Shown: positions 40,053 to 50,450 of the stretch, one piece after another
Position numbering within the stretch: position 1 is the first letter of the stretch
Layout of the letters: every line of letters starts with the position of its first letter
From: an uncultured Nitrospiraceae bacterium
Lineage (GTDB): Bacteria; Nitrospirota; Nitrospiria; Nitrospirales; Nitrospiraceae
Assembly: GCA_963846575.1 (NCBI GenBank)
Contig: CAWJWJ010000002.1
Span: forward strand, 1,920,001 to 1,984,000
Direction of reading: 5' to 3'
Length of the DNA stretch: 64,000 bases
Translations under genes and position numbers: made by a program
Notes under the pieces: model-generated
What the model was told of the DNA's origin: nothing
Database searches by the model: none
Seen by the model: only the letters and a program-made list of their open reading frames with translations

Positions 40053-41201
40053 TTATGTTCCCATCCAGCCCGCAGCGCGATAGACATCCAATGTCTGTGT
40101 AACGAGCCGATCCAGTCCGAAATCCAGTTCGGCTTTAGCCCGAGCGATCTGTCCCATGCGCCGACAACGAGCGGGATCAGCCCAAAGCAGTCTGCTTCGT
40201 TCGGCCAAAGCCTCTTCGTCCTTCTGAGGGACTACAAAGCCCGTGCGTCCGTCTTCCACGAGACACGCGATATCCCCGGCCTCCATCGCCACGACAGGAA
40301 TTCCACTCGCCATGGCTTCCATGACGGCATTGGGACAGCCTTCGCTCTCCGAGGTATGAACCAGGAATCTGGCCCCGGCTAGAAATGCCGGCACGTCATG
40401 AGTGGCTCCGATGAACTCAACATTGGCACAAAGGCCCAGATCTCTAACCTGTTGCTCAAGCGAGGATCGAAGGGGGCCATCTCCAGCGATTCGAAATCGA
40501 ATATCCGGCATCCCGGCTTGTTTCAGTGTATGAGCCAGGCAAAGCACTCTATCCCAGCGCTTGACTGGCAAAAGCGACCCGACGCCTGCGACATAGGCTC
40601 GTGTCTTCGAAGTGTCGTCGGCTACCCGGAAACAGTCGAGATCCAGGCCATTGCGCACCACAGAGTAATGGCGCGGCGTGAAAAAGCTATTGTCGCGTCG
40701 GGCCGCTGCTACGCCGGCCGAGCTATTAGAGATATGACACACTGGCCAACGAGCATTGAGTGCGCCCCGAAAGGGACCGCCTGCCTTTTTGATAGCAGCG
40801 AAATCGCATCGCAGAGAGCCGATGGGTACTGCATTGGTGCCCCTGGCTGCGTAATAGGCGGCAAAATTGGTATGGAACCCATACGAATGAATCACTTCAG
40901 GGGCGGCTTTTAAGACTATGGCTCGCAAACGTTGAAGCTTTCTGACCGGGGAACAATCTGCAGGGAACCCATAGATCGGAACTTTACGCGCGGCAATTTC
41001 TCGATAATATTTTTCGTCAGTCTTCAAATTCCATACGACCACCGCAGGCCGGTACGAAAGCTGATCTAACGTGAGGAGAAGGTAATAGAGCTGGCGTTCC
41101 AGCCCCCCGATCCCAAGTTGCCCGACAACATAGAGCAGCCGGCAGGGCGACGGATCAGGACTCACGACACTATTCGAAGAATCTGATGACTGGAGGATCA
41201 T
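40053..41201 (-). CDS. GT4 glycosyltransferase
   Basis: GGLERQ, GDGPLR, EGCPNAVMEAMASG.PVV motifs; start refined. Confidence 0.88.
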   Translation of the reverse strand: MILQSSDSSNSVVSPDPSPCRLLYVVGQLGIGGLERQLYYLLLTLDQLSYRPAVVVWNLKTDEKYYREIAARKVPIYGFPADCSPVRKLQRLRAIVLKAAPEVIHSYGFHTNFAAYYAARGTNAVPIGSLRCDFAAIKKAGGPFRGALNARWPVCHISNSSAGVAAARRDNSFFTPRHYSVVRNGLDLDCFRVADDTSKTRAYVAGVGSLLPVKRWDRVLCLAHTLKQAGMPDIRFRIAGDGPLRSSLEQQVRDLGLCANVEFIGATHDVPAFLAGARFLVHTSESEGCPNAVMEAMASGIPVVAMEAGDIACLVEDGRTGFVVPQKDEEALAERSRLLWADPARCRRMGQIARAKAELDFGLDRLVTQTLDVYRAAGWMGT

Positions 41202-41305
41202 TGCAGCCTGTCGAGACGGCTCGCTTAGATGACTTACCGCACTACCCCGTCCTGGGCCGGATCGGTTCCGAAGGATGCACTTGCTAGACTGCAAGCGCGA
41301 CAGTG

Positions 41306-42541
41306 CTATTCCGCTGGAATACCTGCCATCAAGGCTTGGGCTACTGGCGCAGCGAGAGCCACTATGGCCCAAGGGGCCCCGAAATCCATGTTTCCTGCAC
41401 AAACGATCAGCACCGTATAGATGACAAGAGGAAGATGGAACGCCGTTTCCTCATGGTCCGACCCGACAGCACGAAACGCAGCGATTCCACTTTGAAGAAT
41501 GTAGACACAAAACAGGACTAATGGGACGACACCTGAGGCCACCGCAAACAGGAGAAAGCTATTGTGCGGTGTGACGTACATGCCGGTCACGGTGACTGCT
41601 CCGGAGTGGGAGGCGCCGACCCCTATGAGGGGTGAGCTAAGGAACCGTTCGATAAGCAGCGGCCACACCCTGAATCGGCCTGTTTCCTCCGCCGCACGAA
41701 TGGAGTATGAGCGAACCGCTTGATCGAACAGGCCGAGCTCCATGACTCCCAGTCCCAGCCCTGCCAGCAATATCAAGGGAAGAATCCCCCCTCTGAGAAG
41801 GCGCCTGCCCGCCACAACGAGCGAAACCGCGATTGCGAGCAGCACACCTCGACTGACCGTCAACGTCACGACATATAACGACGCCAGTGCCATCGCCCAT
41901 GCGACCAGCCGGGAGGCGACGTTCTTTTCAAGATATCCCTTAATAAACATGCACACCACACAGAACCCGAACCAGCCGGCCAGGGCGTTGGCGTTTGCAT
42001 AGCCAAGCTCTTTGTTCAGTTCCACCCGCTCATAGGTCGCACCCTGACTCAGCGACATAAACGGAAGCATCGCCAGTCCCATGAAAAACGTGAACCATAC
42101 GAAACGCTGCAGAAAGTTAGGACGATGCAGCACAAGGACCTGCACGATGGCCAGTGAGAGAAGCCATGGACCGAACTGATAGACATACATGCCGTAGAGT
42201 GATTCTCCATGCACTCCGAGTTGGAGAAACAGGTAGACAATGCCGCAGGCAAGCGGTATCCACGCGGTCTGAAGAGTGGTAAACAGCGCCGGTCCAAGCG
42301 CAAGATAGCAAAGCGCTAAAATCGGTATCAAAAGAAATCCCGACCCGATACTCCCTATGAGAATCAGCCCGAGCGGCGCGCCCAGGATCGTGTAGAAAAT
42401 CACAAAATAAAAGCCGTACTCGACAGGAGCCAACGCTGCTGACGATTCCCTGCTGTGCTGATCCAGGACGGGCATAATTCCGATAGCTTGCATGCGACTC
42501 CGCTGTGCACAAGTGAAAGACATTCTGAAACGGGGAAGCAC
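41306..42541 (-). CDS. O-antigen ligase/Wzy-family membrane protein
   Basis: About 10-12 TM segments; NAN.LA, TVSRG, GR...W, PLIGVG, PHNSFL motifs (Wzy_C). Confidence 0.8.
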   Translation of the reverse strand: MLPRFRMSFTCAQRSRMQAIGIMPVLDQHSRESSAALAPVEYGFYFVIFYTILGAPLGLILIGSIGSGFLLIPILALCYLALGPALFTTLQTAWIPLACGIVYLFLQLGVHGESLYGMYVYQFGPWLLSLAIVQVLVLHRPNFLQRFVWFTFFMGLAMLPFMSLSQGATYERVELNKELGYANANALAGWFGFCVVCMFIKGYLEKNVASRLVAWAMALASLYVVTLTVSRGVLLAIAVSLVVAGRRLLRGGILPLILLAGLGLGVMELGLFDQAVRSYSIRAAEETGRFRVWPLLIERFLSSPLIGVGASHSGAVTVTGMYVTPHNSFLLFAVASGVVPLVLFCVYILQSGIAAFRAVGSDHEETAFHLPLVIYTVLIVCAGNMDFGAPWAIVALAAPVAQALMAGIPAE

Positions 42542-42553
42542 CCCCTCGAGGCC

Positions 42554-43960
42554 TCACTCTTGGCCTGCCTCATGGATCGAGGTGCTACCTGATATCGTCA
42601 GGTTGGTAGCGGAAGTACTCCTGATCACAATGGACTGATACTTCCAAATGAAGAGAGTGCCAAGTCGGACGAGGCCAACCCCCGCCAATAAGGGGACAAT
42701 GAGTTCCAGCGGAGCTCGATACCGTGAACCCGCACCGAACCCGACCCCTCCCGTCAGGGTCATGACACTGCAAACCATCAGCAGAGCCATCAGCCATTTT
42801 CTATCAACGATCTCGTCGCGCTGACCTCCAGTCCAGGCATGCCTGACCCCGAAGGCGGCACACAGGACCAGTCCCGCCCAAACTCCGCCCAACACGATTG
42901 TGTCGCCTCGGAAGTTCAGGCTCGCCGGAGTCAGGATGCCGGGATGGGGGTGAATAAACGCCTCGGCTGCATTGAGCCCGAACGTATACACGGTCAAGAA
43001 TGGATGGTCGCGGAAAACGCGGCTTGCCAGCCGCCATCGTTCAGTGTCCGCGTCCTGGAGAGACAGTGTCCACTTGGTTTCGGCCTCTTCCGCCTCTCTT
43101 AGGATCGCCCAGCGGTCTCCAGCAGCCCCGGGAACCTGACCCTGAACACTCGAAGCCAGCCATTGCCAGGCTGCTTTGCCGGACACGTCGCTGAAGCCAT
43201 GAAACTGCGCTTCCTGGATATTGCGCACCGTCCACAGGTGCATCGGTAGCAACGCACAGATCACCATGACCGCCGACAACATCCAGGCTCGCATTCGCCT
43301 ATCGCCGGGAGAGAAGACGAATAGTATGAGCGCGACCAGCGGGATCAGAGGCAACACCGGTCTGACAAACACCACCGCGCTTGTCAGCAACCCAATCAGC
43401 ATTCCGCCCACTGTGACCATCCCCGGCGTTCGCGCGCGTTGAACGATGACGTGCATGGCGTAGAAAAGCAGCGCCAACAGCAGCAGAAACAGACCGTCAG
43501 TGAGGAGAAAGCCAGCTCTCACCGCGCCCCAGGGAGACAGGGCGGCCAGTACCGTCCCCACAAAGGCCATCAGCGGCGTAACAAGTCGTCGCGCTAGCCA
43601 GTACAGTACGAGGACGCTCAATGACACGATGATGGTCTGCGCGATCAGCACGATGCGCAGATCGCTGCCACAGATAGTCATGAGAGCCGCAAGAAACAGG
43701 GGATAACCCGGAGTACGGGTAATCTCGGGGCTGTTATACTTGTTCAGAAACGATCCGGAATCCCTCAGGCTCTCGGCCGTATCCAAATAGGTTCCCGAAT
43801 CCGGAAAGACGAGTTGGGTGGGATCGGCACGGTACGTGAAGAAAACGCGAATGGAGAGCGCACAGACCAAAATGATCAAGGACGCGAGGAATACATGATC
43901 CTTCAACCACACGGAGTACCGTGTGAAGCGGTCTGTAGAATGGAAAGAATCAGTTGCCAT
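42554..43960 (-). CDS. GT-C fold membrane glycosyltransferase (ArnT/PMT-like)
   Basis: DSGTY..A, RTPGYPLFLA, LLTD.LF, VRP, W..RN, RYRAP motifs; multiple TM helices. Confidence 0.75.
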   Translation of the reverse strand: MATDSFHSTDRFTRYSVWLKDHVFLASLIILVCALSIRVFFTYRADPTQLVFPDSGTYLDTAESLRDSGSFLNKYNSPEITRTPGYPLFLAALMTICGSDLRIVLIAQTIIVSLSVLVLYWLARRLVTPLMAFVGTVLAALSPWGAVRAGFLLTDGLFLLLLALLFYAMHVIVQRARTPGMVTVGGMLIGLLTSAVVFVRPVLPLIPLVALILFVFSPGDRRMRAWMLSAVMVICALLPMHLWTVRNIQEAQFHGFSDVSGKAAWQWLASSVQGQVPGAAGDRWAILREAEEAETKWTLSLQDADTERWRLASRVFRDHPFLTVYTFGLNAAEAFIHPHPGILTPASLNFRGDTIVLGGVWAGLVLCAAFGVRHAWTGGQRDEIVDRKWLMALLMVCSVMTLTGGVGFGAGSRYRAPLELIVPLLAGVGLVRLGTLFIWKYQSIVIRSTSATNLTISGSTSIHEAGQE

Positions 43961-44164
43961 GGTTTTTCATATCGAAGACGACGCTGCCGGGACGATGTGA
44001 GCGACGACCTCACGAAGAGTAAGCTGATTGCGTTGACGCGACGATAGTCCGTCTAATGGTTCGGTCCCGTCCGGTCAGAAACCTTGCCTGGCTCAGTAGA
44101 TTCGCCGGGAGCATCGCCTATCTCTTGAACCACGCAAGTGACGGAAACCGATCCGAGATGAGTG

Positions 44165-45373
44165 CTATCGAGTGCAAGCCACTCCTGCCGCCACGGGTTG
44201 GCAGGATTCTTCGATCATCGTTTCCAATCGGATGGCGCTGCAAGACCAGCTGTATTGGTCTCGAACCCTTTCGCCGCCAATGACGCCTCGTTGCCTCGCC
44301 TCACCGCGGTGATTGACGATGTACTGGAGTCCTTGTGCAAGGGAATCGTCCGATCCATGCGTGAAGAGCCATCCCCCTTGCGTATCCGCCAGACTCCTGT
44401 TGCCACCCACTCCGGAGACAAGGAACGGCACGCCGCAGGCCAACGCCTCAAGGGCGGCATTCGAATAGTTTTCGTAACGGCTGGGCATGACAAAAAGATC
44501 CATTGCCCGATACCACTCCGCCAGCGCAGCATGTGGCACGTCGGACTCAAGGTGCACGATGCCTTGTGCGCACTCCTCCTTCAGCCACATGCGCACTTTC
44601 GCCTGCTCCTCCCCCGATCCGATGACCAGCAGCCTGGCCTGCGGAATGGCGCGCCGTATCTTTCCGAAGGCCTGTGCGAGAAGATCGATGCCTTTGATAT
44701 ATGCAAGTCGCCCCACATATCCAATTACCCAGTCTTTGGCGGTCCATCCCAACCGTTGCCGAACCTGCGAGGCACCCGGTCTGAACAACTCGCTGTCCAA
44801 TCCGATCGGAAGTTCTCGAGCATGCTCACCGAGACACTCTCGCATCTTGCTCAGCACGTCTCCATTAGCGCAGACAATGGGAATCGTCCTGAGCAACTGC
44901 GTCAAATCAGCCGAGACGGGACCCGGCAGCCGAAGGATCGTCGGTCGAACCTTCGCGATCGTACTGGCTAATAGCGTGCTTCCATGAACATAGACGGCGT
45001 CAAACTCGTTCCAACGGCCTTCAAACTCGGTCTCAATCCGACGTGTAAAACGCCTGTCGTGCCACCGTACCGTCCGCCAACAGATGGCCTCCTGCACGCG
45101 ATCCCACTTGGTTCGAAGGCCTAGTCCTGGAGGAATCCAGCTGGCCATGGTAGACAGAGTGCCCTGGCCGAACTTCCGTGACCACCGCCCGGCCAGAGGA
45201 AGGGCACGAAATGCCGAGGGCAGCGCGAGGGGGTAGCAGCCTTTGCTGTCCGCTACGAAGGTAGCCCAGACTTGATGCCCTCGCTCAGCGAAGGCCTCGA
45301 AGAGATTTCGCGTAAAATTTTCGCCGCCACCCCGGAGGACACCAAGCTCCGAATGAATGATCAGAATATTCAT
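44165..45373 (-). CDS. GT4 glycosyltransferase
   Basis: GGGE, YVGRL..IKG, PSRYENYSNAALEALACG motifs. Confidence 0.88.
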   Translation of the reverse strand: MNILIIHSELGVLRGGGENFTRNLFEAFAERGHQVWATFVADSKGCYPLALPSAFRALPLAGRWSRKFGQGTLSTMASWIPPGLGLRTKWDRVQEAICWRTVRWHDRRFTRRIETEFEGRWNEFDAVYVHGSTLLASTIAKVRPTILRLPGPVSADLTQLLRTIPIVCANGDVLSKMRECLGEHARELPIGLDSELFRPGASQVRQRLGWTAKDWVIGYVGRLAYIKGIDLLAQAFGKIRRAIPQARLLVIGSGEEQAKVRMWLKEECAQGIVHLESDVPHAALAEWYRAMDLFVMPSRYENYSNAALEALACGVPFLVSGVGGNRSLADTQGGWLFTHGSDDSLAQGLQYIVNHRGEARQRGVIGGERVRDQYSWSCSAIRLETMIEESCQPVAAGVACTR

Positions 45374-45412
45374 GATGCAGTAGTCGCGGATCGAATTCGC
45401 TCCGATGCTCCC

Positions 45413-46489
45413 CTACTCTAATAAATGGCTCTTTTGCAGCGCCTGGTGAAGTGCATAGGCTGCCGCCCGGTGACCCCTCTGATTCCAATGCCAATCGTAT
45501 TCCGATTCGAGATGAACGCGCTCAATCTCAACGATTTTCGTGAACTCATCCGTGAGATCGAGAAAGACGAACCCGAATCGCGTGGCATGCTCCCTGAGCA
45601 GTTCGTTCAACCAACTCACGTTGCTGTTCTGCAGCGCGTGAGCATAGATGTCTTTCCGAGGAGCATCTATCTGAAACACAATGGGCTTTCCCGCATTCTC
45701 CCGCTTCAGTGTCGCGAGGACATACTCGGTCGTCGCTTCAATGCGGCTGCGGTGAGACCGCGTTCTTTCCACGTCGATGTTGGCGTTATACTCTGGGGCA
45801 TTCTGCAGACCGGACATCAAGCGTTGCCATCGCGCAGTGATCTGCAGGTTCGCGTGGGCGAACCGGATCACGCTACTGTGCCTGGCCAGACGAAGCACTG
45901 AGTTCGACTCATACGGAACGATGGGGGCCTCACGGATGGGTAACTCCGAATCCTCCAAGCACAACATCCCTGTCTGGCGCTTGACTGAACACAGCGATTC
46001 TTCAAAGTCGTTGTGGACCACGTTGATGACGAGAATATCCGGATCAAAATGCGTCCGTACATACCGCGCCATCTGCAGATACTGGCTCAACGAAGCACCG
46101 GAGATGCCAAAGGCATAGACCTCAAACTTCGGATCGACCAAATGCCTTAGCTGTCCGGCGATGGAATCTTCGACATCGACTTGAAATGCCTCGACATAGG
46201 AGTCTCCGATTATCGCGATTCGAGGCCTCCGTTTGGCTTCGACAAAATCAATCGCACTATTCCACCCGGCATTGTTTATTCGCCAGTTCGCACGCTGCTG
46301 GGCCATGGCTCCGATCGTAAACACTCCAGTTCGCTGCTCGGTCGTCGAGAATCTGAGGATGCGGTCGTTTTGGTCGTAGTGGTAATAGGGAAACTCTGAC
46401 CCTCGAATCAGAAACGTGAAGATCAGCTCCAACACGAGAAACAGAACAATGAGAGCTGGGACGGTTAACCGTAGGATGTTTCGCAGCAT
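45413..46489 (-). CDS. SGNH/GDSL-family protein (AlgJ/AlgX-like O-acetylation candidate)
   Basis: N-terminal anchor, IGDSY, NDF, DWHWN..GH motifs. Confidence 0.72.
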   Translation of the reverse strand: MLRNILRLTVPALIVLFLVLELIFTFLIRGSEFPYYHYDQNDRILRFSTTEQRTGVFTIGAMAQQRANWRINNAGWNSAIDFVEAKRRPRIAIIGDSYVEAFQVDVEDSIAGQLRHLVDPKFEVYAFGISGASLSQYLQMARYVRTHFDPDILVINVVHNDFEESLCSVKRQTGMLCLEDSELPIREAPIVPYESNSVLRLARHSSVIRFAHANLQITARWQRLMSGLQNAPEYNANIDVERTRSHRSRIEATTEYVLATLKRENAGKPIVFQIDAPRKDIYAHALQNSNVSWLNELLREHATRFGFVFLDLTDEFTKIVEIERVHLESEYDWHWNQRGHRAAAYALHQALQKSHLLE

Positions 46490-46507
46490 GGACGTGGCAG
46501 TAGAGTG

Positions 46508-47593
46508 CTACCGGGAGGAGTGCCGGGTTGCCTGATCAAACGCTTTGACTACAACGGCCTCGCTATGATGACCCGCGATATAGTCGCGAGCCCTCACGGC
46601 AATACGATCTCGTTCATCCGGCGATGTGACCCAATCATGCAAGCGCTCCACCGCAGCCTCAACCGTTGGGGTCACCGATCCCAACCGAAGCCGCTGGACG
46701 AGTTCGTCCGGATCCACCCGAAGACTGAGTACAGGGGTTCCACTACTCCATGCCTGCAAAAACGTGTTGGGAAACCCCTCCTGGTCCGAGGTACACAGCA
46801 GCGCAGCCGCGCCTGAGATCACCCGCTCCGCTTCTACCGGTGCAACCTGGCCTCGATACTCCACGTTCGGCAAACCTCGAAGTTCCTCTATGATGCGCTC
46901 GCTATATCCAGGCTGTGACCGATGCGTGGTCGCCCCACCACAGACGACGTACTTGATCGCCGGTGACTGTGTTGCTATCTCAATGAGGAGATCCGGACGT
47001 TTCGGTTGTCGCAACATTCCGACCCAGGCGACATAGGGCTCTCGGCCCGCATGCGATCGGACCACCGGCTGTGCCTGTGTGATGCTTCGAATGACCTGCG
47101 CCTTCGGCTTCCACCACGAGGACAAGTCATCTAACTGCTTCCCATGTTGCACGAATAGCCGCTCAGTCCGGAAAAGTCCCCAGGCATAGAGGGGCCACCA
47201 ACGCTGCCTGGCCGTTAATGCGACCCGGGGCCACACATCCGTATCGAAGGCGGCGGCAAAAATGGTTTGCGCGCCGACGAGATGGGCAATCTGAACTAAC
47301 GGCCCGAAGAGATGGGAAGACCCTCGCCAATACAACCAATCCGGGCGTTCCGATGATAGAAACCGATAACAATCGACCAGGCATTGACCTTGATTGATTC
47401 CCTCAAACTCAACCCCGGAAATTGTCCGTCGCTCACCCAACGGCAATCCCTGCCGGATGCCCACACACACCGACCAGCCTGACGAAGCCAAAGCCCTGGC
47501 GAGGAACCACTGCTGGCGTTCACTGCCTCCGACGGTCGAGGCGTCAGACAAGGCATAGCCGTAGATGCGGTCATTGAGAAACACCACCTTCAT
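46508..47593 (-). CDS. GT4 glycosyltransferase
   Basis: GGSERQ, KRPD, EGFPNTFLQAWSSG.PV motifs; ATGA overlap with the upstream asnB. Confidence 0.88.
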   Translation of the reverse strand: MKVVFLNDRIYGYALSDASTVGGSERQQWFLARALASSGWSVCVGIRQGLPLGERRTISGVEFEGINQGQCLVDCYRFLSSERPDWLYWRGSSHLFGPLVQIAHLVGAQTIFAAAFDTDVWPRVALTARQRWWPLYAWGLFRTERLFVQHGKQLDDLSSWWKPKAQVIRSITQAQPVVRSHAGREPYVAWVGMLRQPKRPDLLIEIATQSPAIKYVVCGGATTHRSQPGYSERIIEELRGLPNVEYRGQVAPVEAERVISGAAALLCTSDQEGFPNTFLQAWSSGTPVLSLRVDPDELVQRLRLGSVTPTVEAAVERLHDWVTSPDERDRIAVRARDYIAGHHSEAVVVKAFDQATRHSSR

Positions 47594-49443
47594 ATCGAAG
47601 GAGACCGCGCCATCGCCCAACTGAGGAACACAAAAGGAGTCCACAATTCGCGGCCAACTCCTCCGGAGGCTACATTCCTTGCATGCAGCCTGCGCAGGTA
47701 GCCGTAGTCGAACAGATCGACATGGGCTTCGCCCCAGTCCAATGCGGCATCGACGGCCGGCTTCCAGCTGGTCGCCAGAAACCGCTCTAACGGAACATGG
47801 AATCCGTGCTTGGGCCTATCCCACACTTGCCGGGGAAGCAGTCGTTTCGCAATCGGCAGCAGCAACGCTTTGAGCGTGCCACCCACGATTCTCTTGTTCG
47901 CATGGAGCGGAAGAATCCGGTCCAGGACCAACTCATCAAGGTACGGCACCCGTACCTCGAGAGATGCCAACATGCTTGCGCGATCCGTTTTGACGAGGCA
48001 GTTCTCACTCAAATAGGTTTCCACATCAGCCCGGATGAGGAGATCCATGTCGAAGGACGCGCCATACCGTCTGGCACGTCGCTCCCAGGGTTCGAAGTAC
48101 TCGGACACCTGAGCGGCTTCGTGGTACCCGCCCGCAAGGACCTGGCGAAGATCTTTTCGGAATATGGGGTAATCCCCGTACCGGACCCAGGACCACCTGA
48201 TGCGATCCTCGGGTGTCAACGTTCGCCAATACAGATGCGACATTCCCCTTGGACGCCAGTTCAACCTGCGCAGCGATCGGTCGAGCAGGCGGTAACCGGG
48301 AATCGGTACCGACTGATCATTGCCCTGCAAGTATTTTGGATACCCTCCGAAGACCTCATCGCCGCCATCCCCCGACAGAGCCACCTTCACATGCCCGGCC
48401 GTCATCTTTGAGAGGGCAAAGGTCGGGACAAGAGCCGGATCGGCAAACGGCTCGTCCAGCCGTCCCAGTAACTCCAGCAGCATGTCCGGGCCGAAATCTT
48501 CGGCCGGAAGTACCGTGTGGTCGGTTCCGAACTGCCGCGCGACGAGTCCGGCAATGGAGGATTCGTCGGCCGAGGCGTCGGTGAATGCGATTGAGAATGA
48601 ACGGACCGGCTTCTCACTCTCACGCGCCATCAACGCCACCATTAATGAGGAGTCAATGCCTCCGGAGAGAAACACTCCGATCGGGACATCGCTGATCATC
48701 TGGCGCCGCACAACCTGCTGAAGCAACTGTTCAAGGTCGCTTTCGCACGGCGCCTCCGCACGCGGATCGTGACCGGGTGGAGTCCAATACCGCTCGATAC
48801 GGGGCGCTGCATCACCCAGCCGCCATTGAAATCGACATCCCGGTTCGAGTTTATGCACTCCTTGAAGAATCGAGCGAGGGGACGGAATATAGTCGAACGC
48901 CAGCAGGTCCCGCACGGCAACCGGGTCGACCCGTGCAAAGTCTGGAAGGCCATCGAAAGGTTCAAGCGTCGAAGATGCGACCAATGTACCGCCGGTGAGG
49001 GCCCAGCACAGAGGCTTGATTCCCAACCGATCACGAGCGCCGAAGATCGCACAGTCCACACGATCCCACACGACGAACCCGAATATGCCGTTCAGACGTT
49101 CGACAATCGCCGCGCCCCATCGGGCAAACCCTTCCACCAGCACTTCGGTGTCGGATTGAGTTCGAAACCGGACACCCTCCCGGCGCAGTTCCTCCCGAAT
49201 TTCGACAAAGTTGTAGATTTCACCATTAAAGACGAGAACATATCGCCCGTTACGGCTCAACATGGGCTGTTGCCCCGTCGCCAGATCGATGATGGACAGG
49301 CGCCGGTGAAACAGCATCACATGCTGCTCCATCCATTCTCCTGATCCGTCAGGGCCGCGATGCGTGAGGCGCCCTGCAGCAGCCTGTGCGGTTTGACGAT
49401 CGATGCGCTGAGATTCCTGGACTACTGCGAGAAAACCACACAT
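47590..49443 (-). CDS. asnB: Second asparagine synthase-like amidotransferase
   Basis: MCGF, HRGPDG, FNGEIYN, LSGGIDSS, GDGGDE.FGGY, KTDRASM..SLEVRVP motifs. Confidence 0.92.
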   Translation of the reverse strand: MCGFLAVVQESQRIDRQTAQAAAGRLTHRGPDGSGEWMEQHVMLFHRRLSIIDLATGQQPMLSRNGRYVLVFNGEIYNFVEIREELRREGVRFRTQSDTEVLVEGFARWGAAIVERLNGIFGFVVWDRVDCAIFGARDRLGIKPLCWALTGGTLVASSTLEPFDGLPDFARVDPVAVRDLLAFDYIPSPRSILQGVHKLEPGCRFQWRLGDAAPRIERYWTPPGHDPRAEAPCESDLEQLLQQVVRRQMISDVPIGVFLSGGIDSSLMVALMARESEKPVRSFSIAFTDASADESSIAGLVARQFGTDHTVLPAEDFGPDMLLELLGRLDEPFADPALVPTFALSKMTAGHVKVALSGDGGDEVFGGYPKYLQGNDQSVPIPGYRLLDRSLRRLNWRPRGMSHLYWRTLTPEDRIRWSWVRYGDYPIFRKDLRQVLAGGYHEAAQVSEYFEPWERRARRYGASFDMDLLIRADVETYLSENCLVKTDRASMLASLEVRVPYLDELVLDRILPLHANKRIVGGTLKALLLPIAKRLLPRQVWDRPKHGFHVPLERFLATSWKPAVDAALDWGEAHVDLFDYGYLRRLHARNVASGGVGRELWTPFVFLSWAMARSPSI

Positions 49444-49532
49444 ACGTACCTCGCCACCCACGTTCAATGGCCCGGAGTCGAATTGTCCTGCACACGGTGA
49501 CCGGATGCGGATGCAGACGGGATCGAGCGTGA

Positions 49533-50366
49533 TCAAGTGAGGGTCGGGCGTCCCTCGAGAATCGCTCCCATTGAGCGCCACCGGATGGTCGGATCAGCTG
49601 TCGCCCGCTGGACAAGCTTGTAGAGATGCTCACCGACGGTTCGCGCATCCGGATCTTTGGTCGGTTGATTGAACTCCCAATAGTGGGTGGCGGCACAAAA
49701 CACTCCACCGACTGCACTGACTTCGTCGAATAGCCTGAGACTTTGTTGCAACGTGGATCGGGGCGTCACAGGATTGCCTGCCAATTCTTTGTGATCGGCT
49801 AGTTCAAGCACGTACGGTACTCCGGTGAGCCCCGTCCTGCGCCGCTGTCTCAACTGCCACCAGGTCTTCAAACTTGCAGGCGCGATCCAGGACCAGCCAT
49901 GACGCATGCCGGCCATTCCGCCAAGGTGCAGTCCCGCTGTGGTGATGGCCTTCAATCCAGCTCTGCCGATGGCGTTATGAGGAGGGACAAAGACCCGAAT
50001 GATTGTCCCGAGAACCTCTTCCAGGTACTGCCTGCCATCACGCACTTTTCGCTCCAGATCCGAACCTTCCAGAAACTCACGCTGATTTCCCGGTTCATCG
50101 TGATGATAGCCATGCAGCATGGCTTCATATCGTCCAGTCGCAATGCCATGACGCAGATATTCGACAAGCGCATGGTTCTCAGCCAGTGGATGAACGGACC
50201 ATCGTTCGCGGTACGTGTCCGGCAACCCACGGCTCGTTCCCGCCCGACAAAATGGGATGATCGCCAGAGACACAGGGCCCCGCTTCGTGACTTCACCATA
50301 GGCTCGCTCCAAATCATCGGGTGATGTAAAGAAGCTGGTGTCGTCGTCGCGGATACAGAAGTCCAA
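49533..50366 (-). CDS. Deacetylase-like protein (DUF2334-type)
   Basis: IRDDD, LAIIP, MLHGYHH, FVPPHN, ATHYWEF motifs; TTG start. Confidence 0.7.
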   Translation of the reverse strand: MDFCIRDDDTSFFTSPDDLERAYGEVTKRGPVSLAIIPFCRAGTSRGLPDTYRERWSVHPLAENHALVEYLRHGIATGRYEAMLHGYHHDEPGNQREFLEGSDLERKVRDGRQYLEEVLGTIIRVFVPPHNAIGRAGLKAITTAGLHLGGMAGMRHGWSWIAPASLKTWWQLRQRRRTGLTGVPYVLELADHKELAGNPVTPRSTLQQSLRLFDEVSAVGGVFCAATHYWEFNQPTKDPDARTVGEHLYKLVQRATADPTIRWRSMGAILEGRPTLT

Positions 50367-50450
50367 AGATCGTTCCTCCCCCTCGTCGCTCCGGTGGCAG
50401 ATACTGTACAGAAAGAATTGGCAGCTGTTTAGAATGGCTGACGGCTGGAT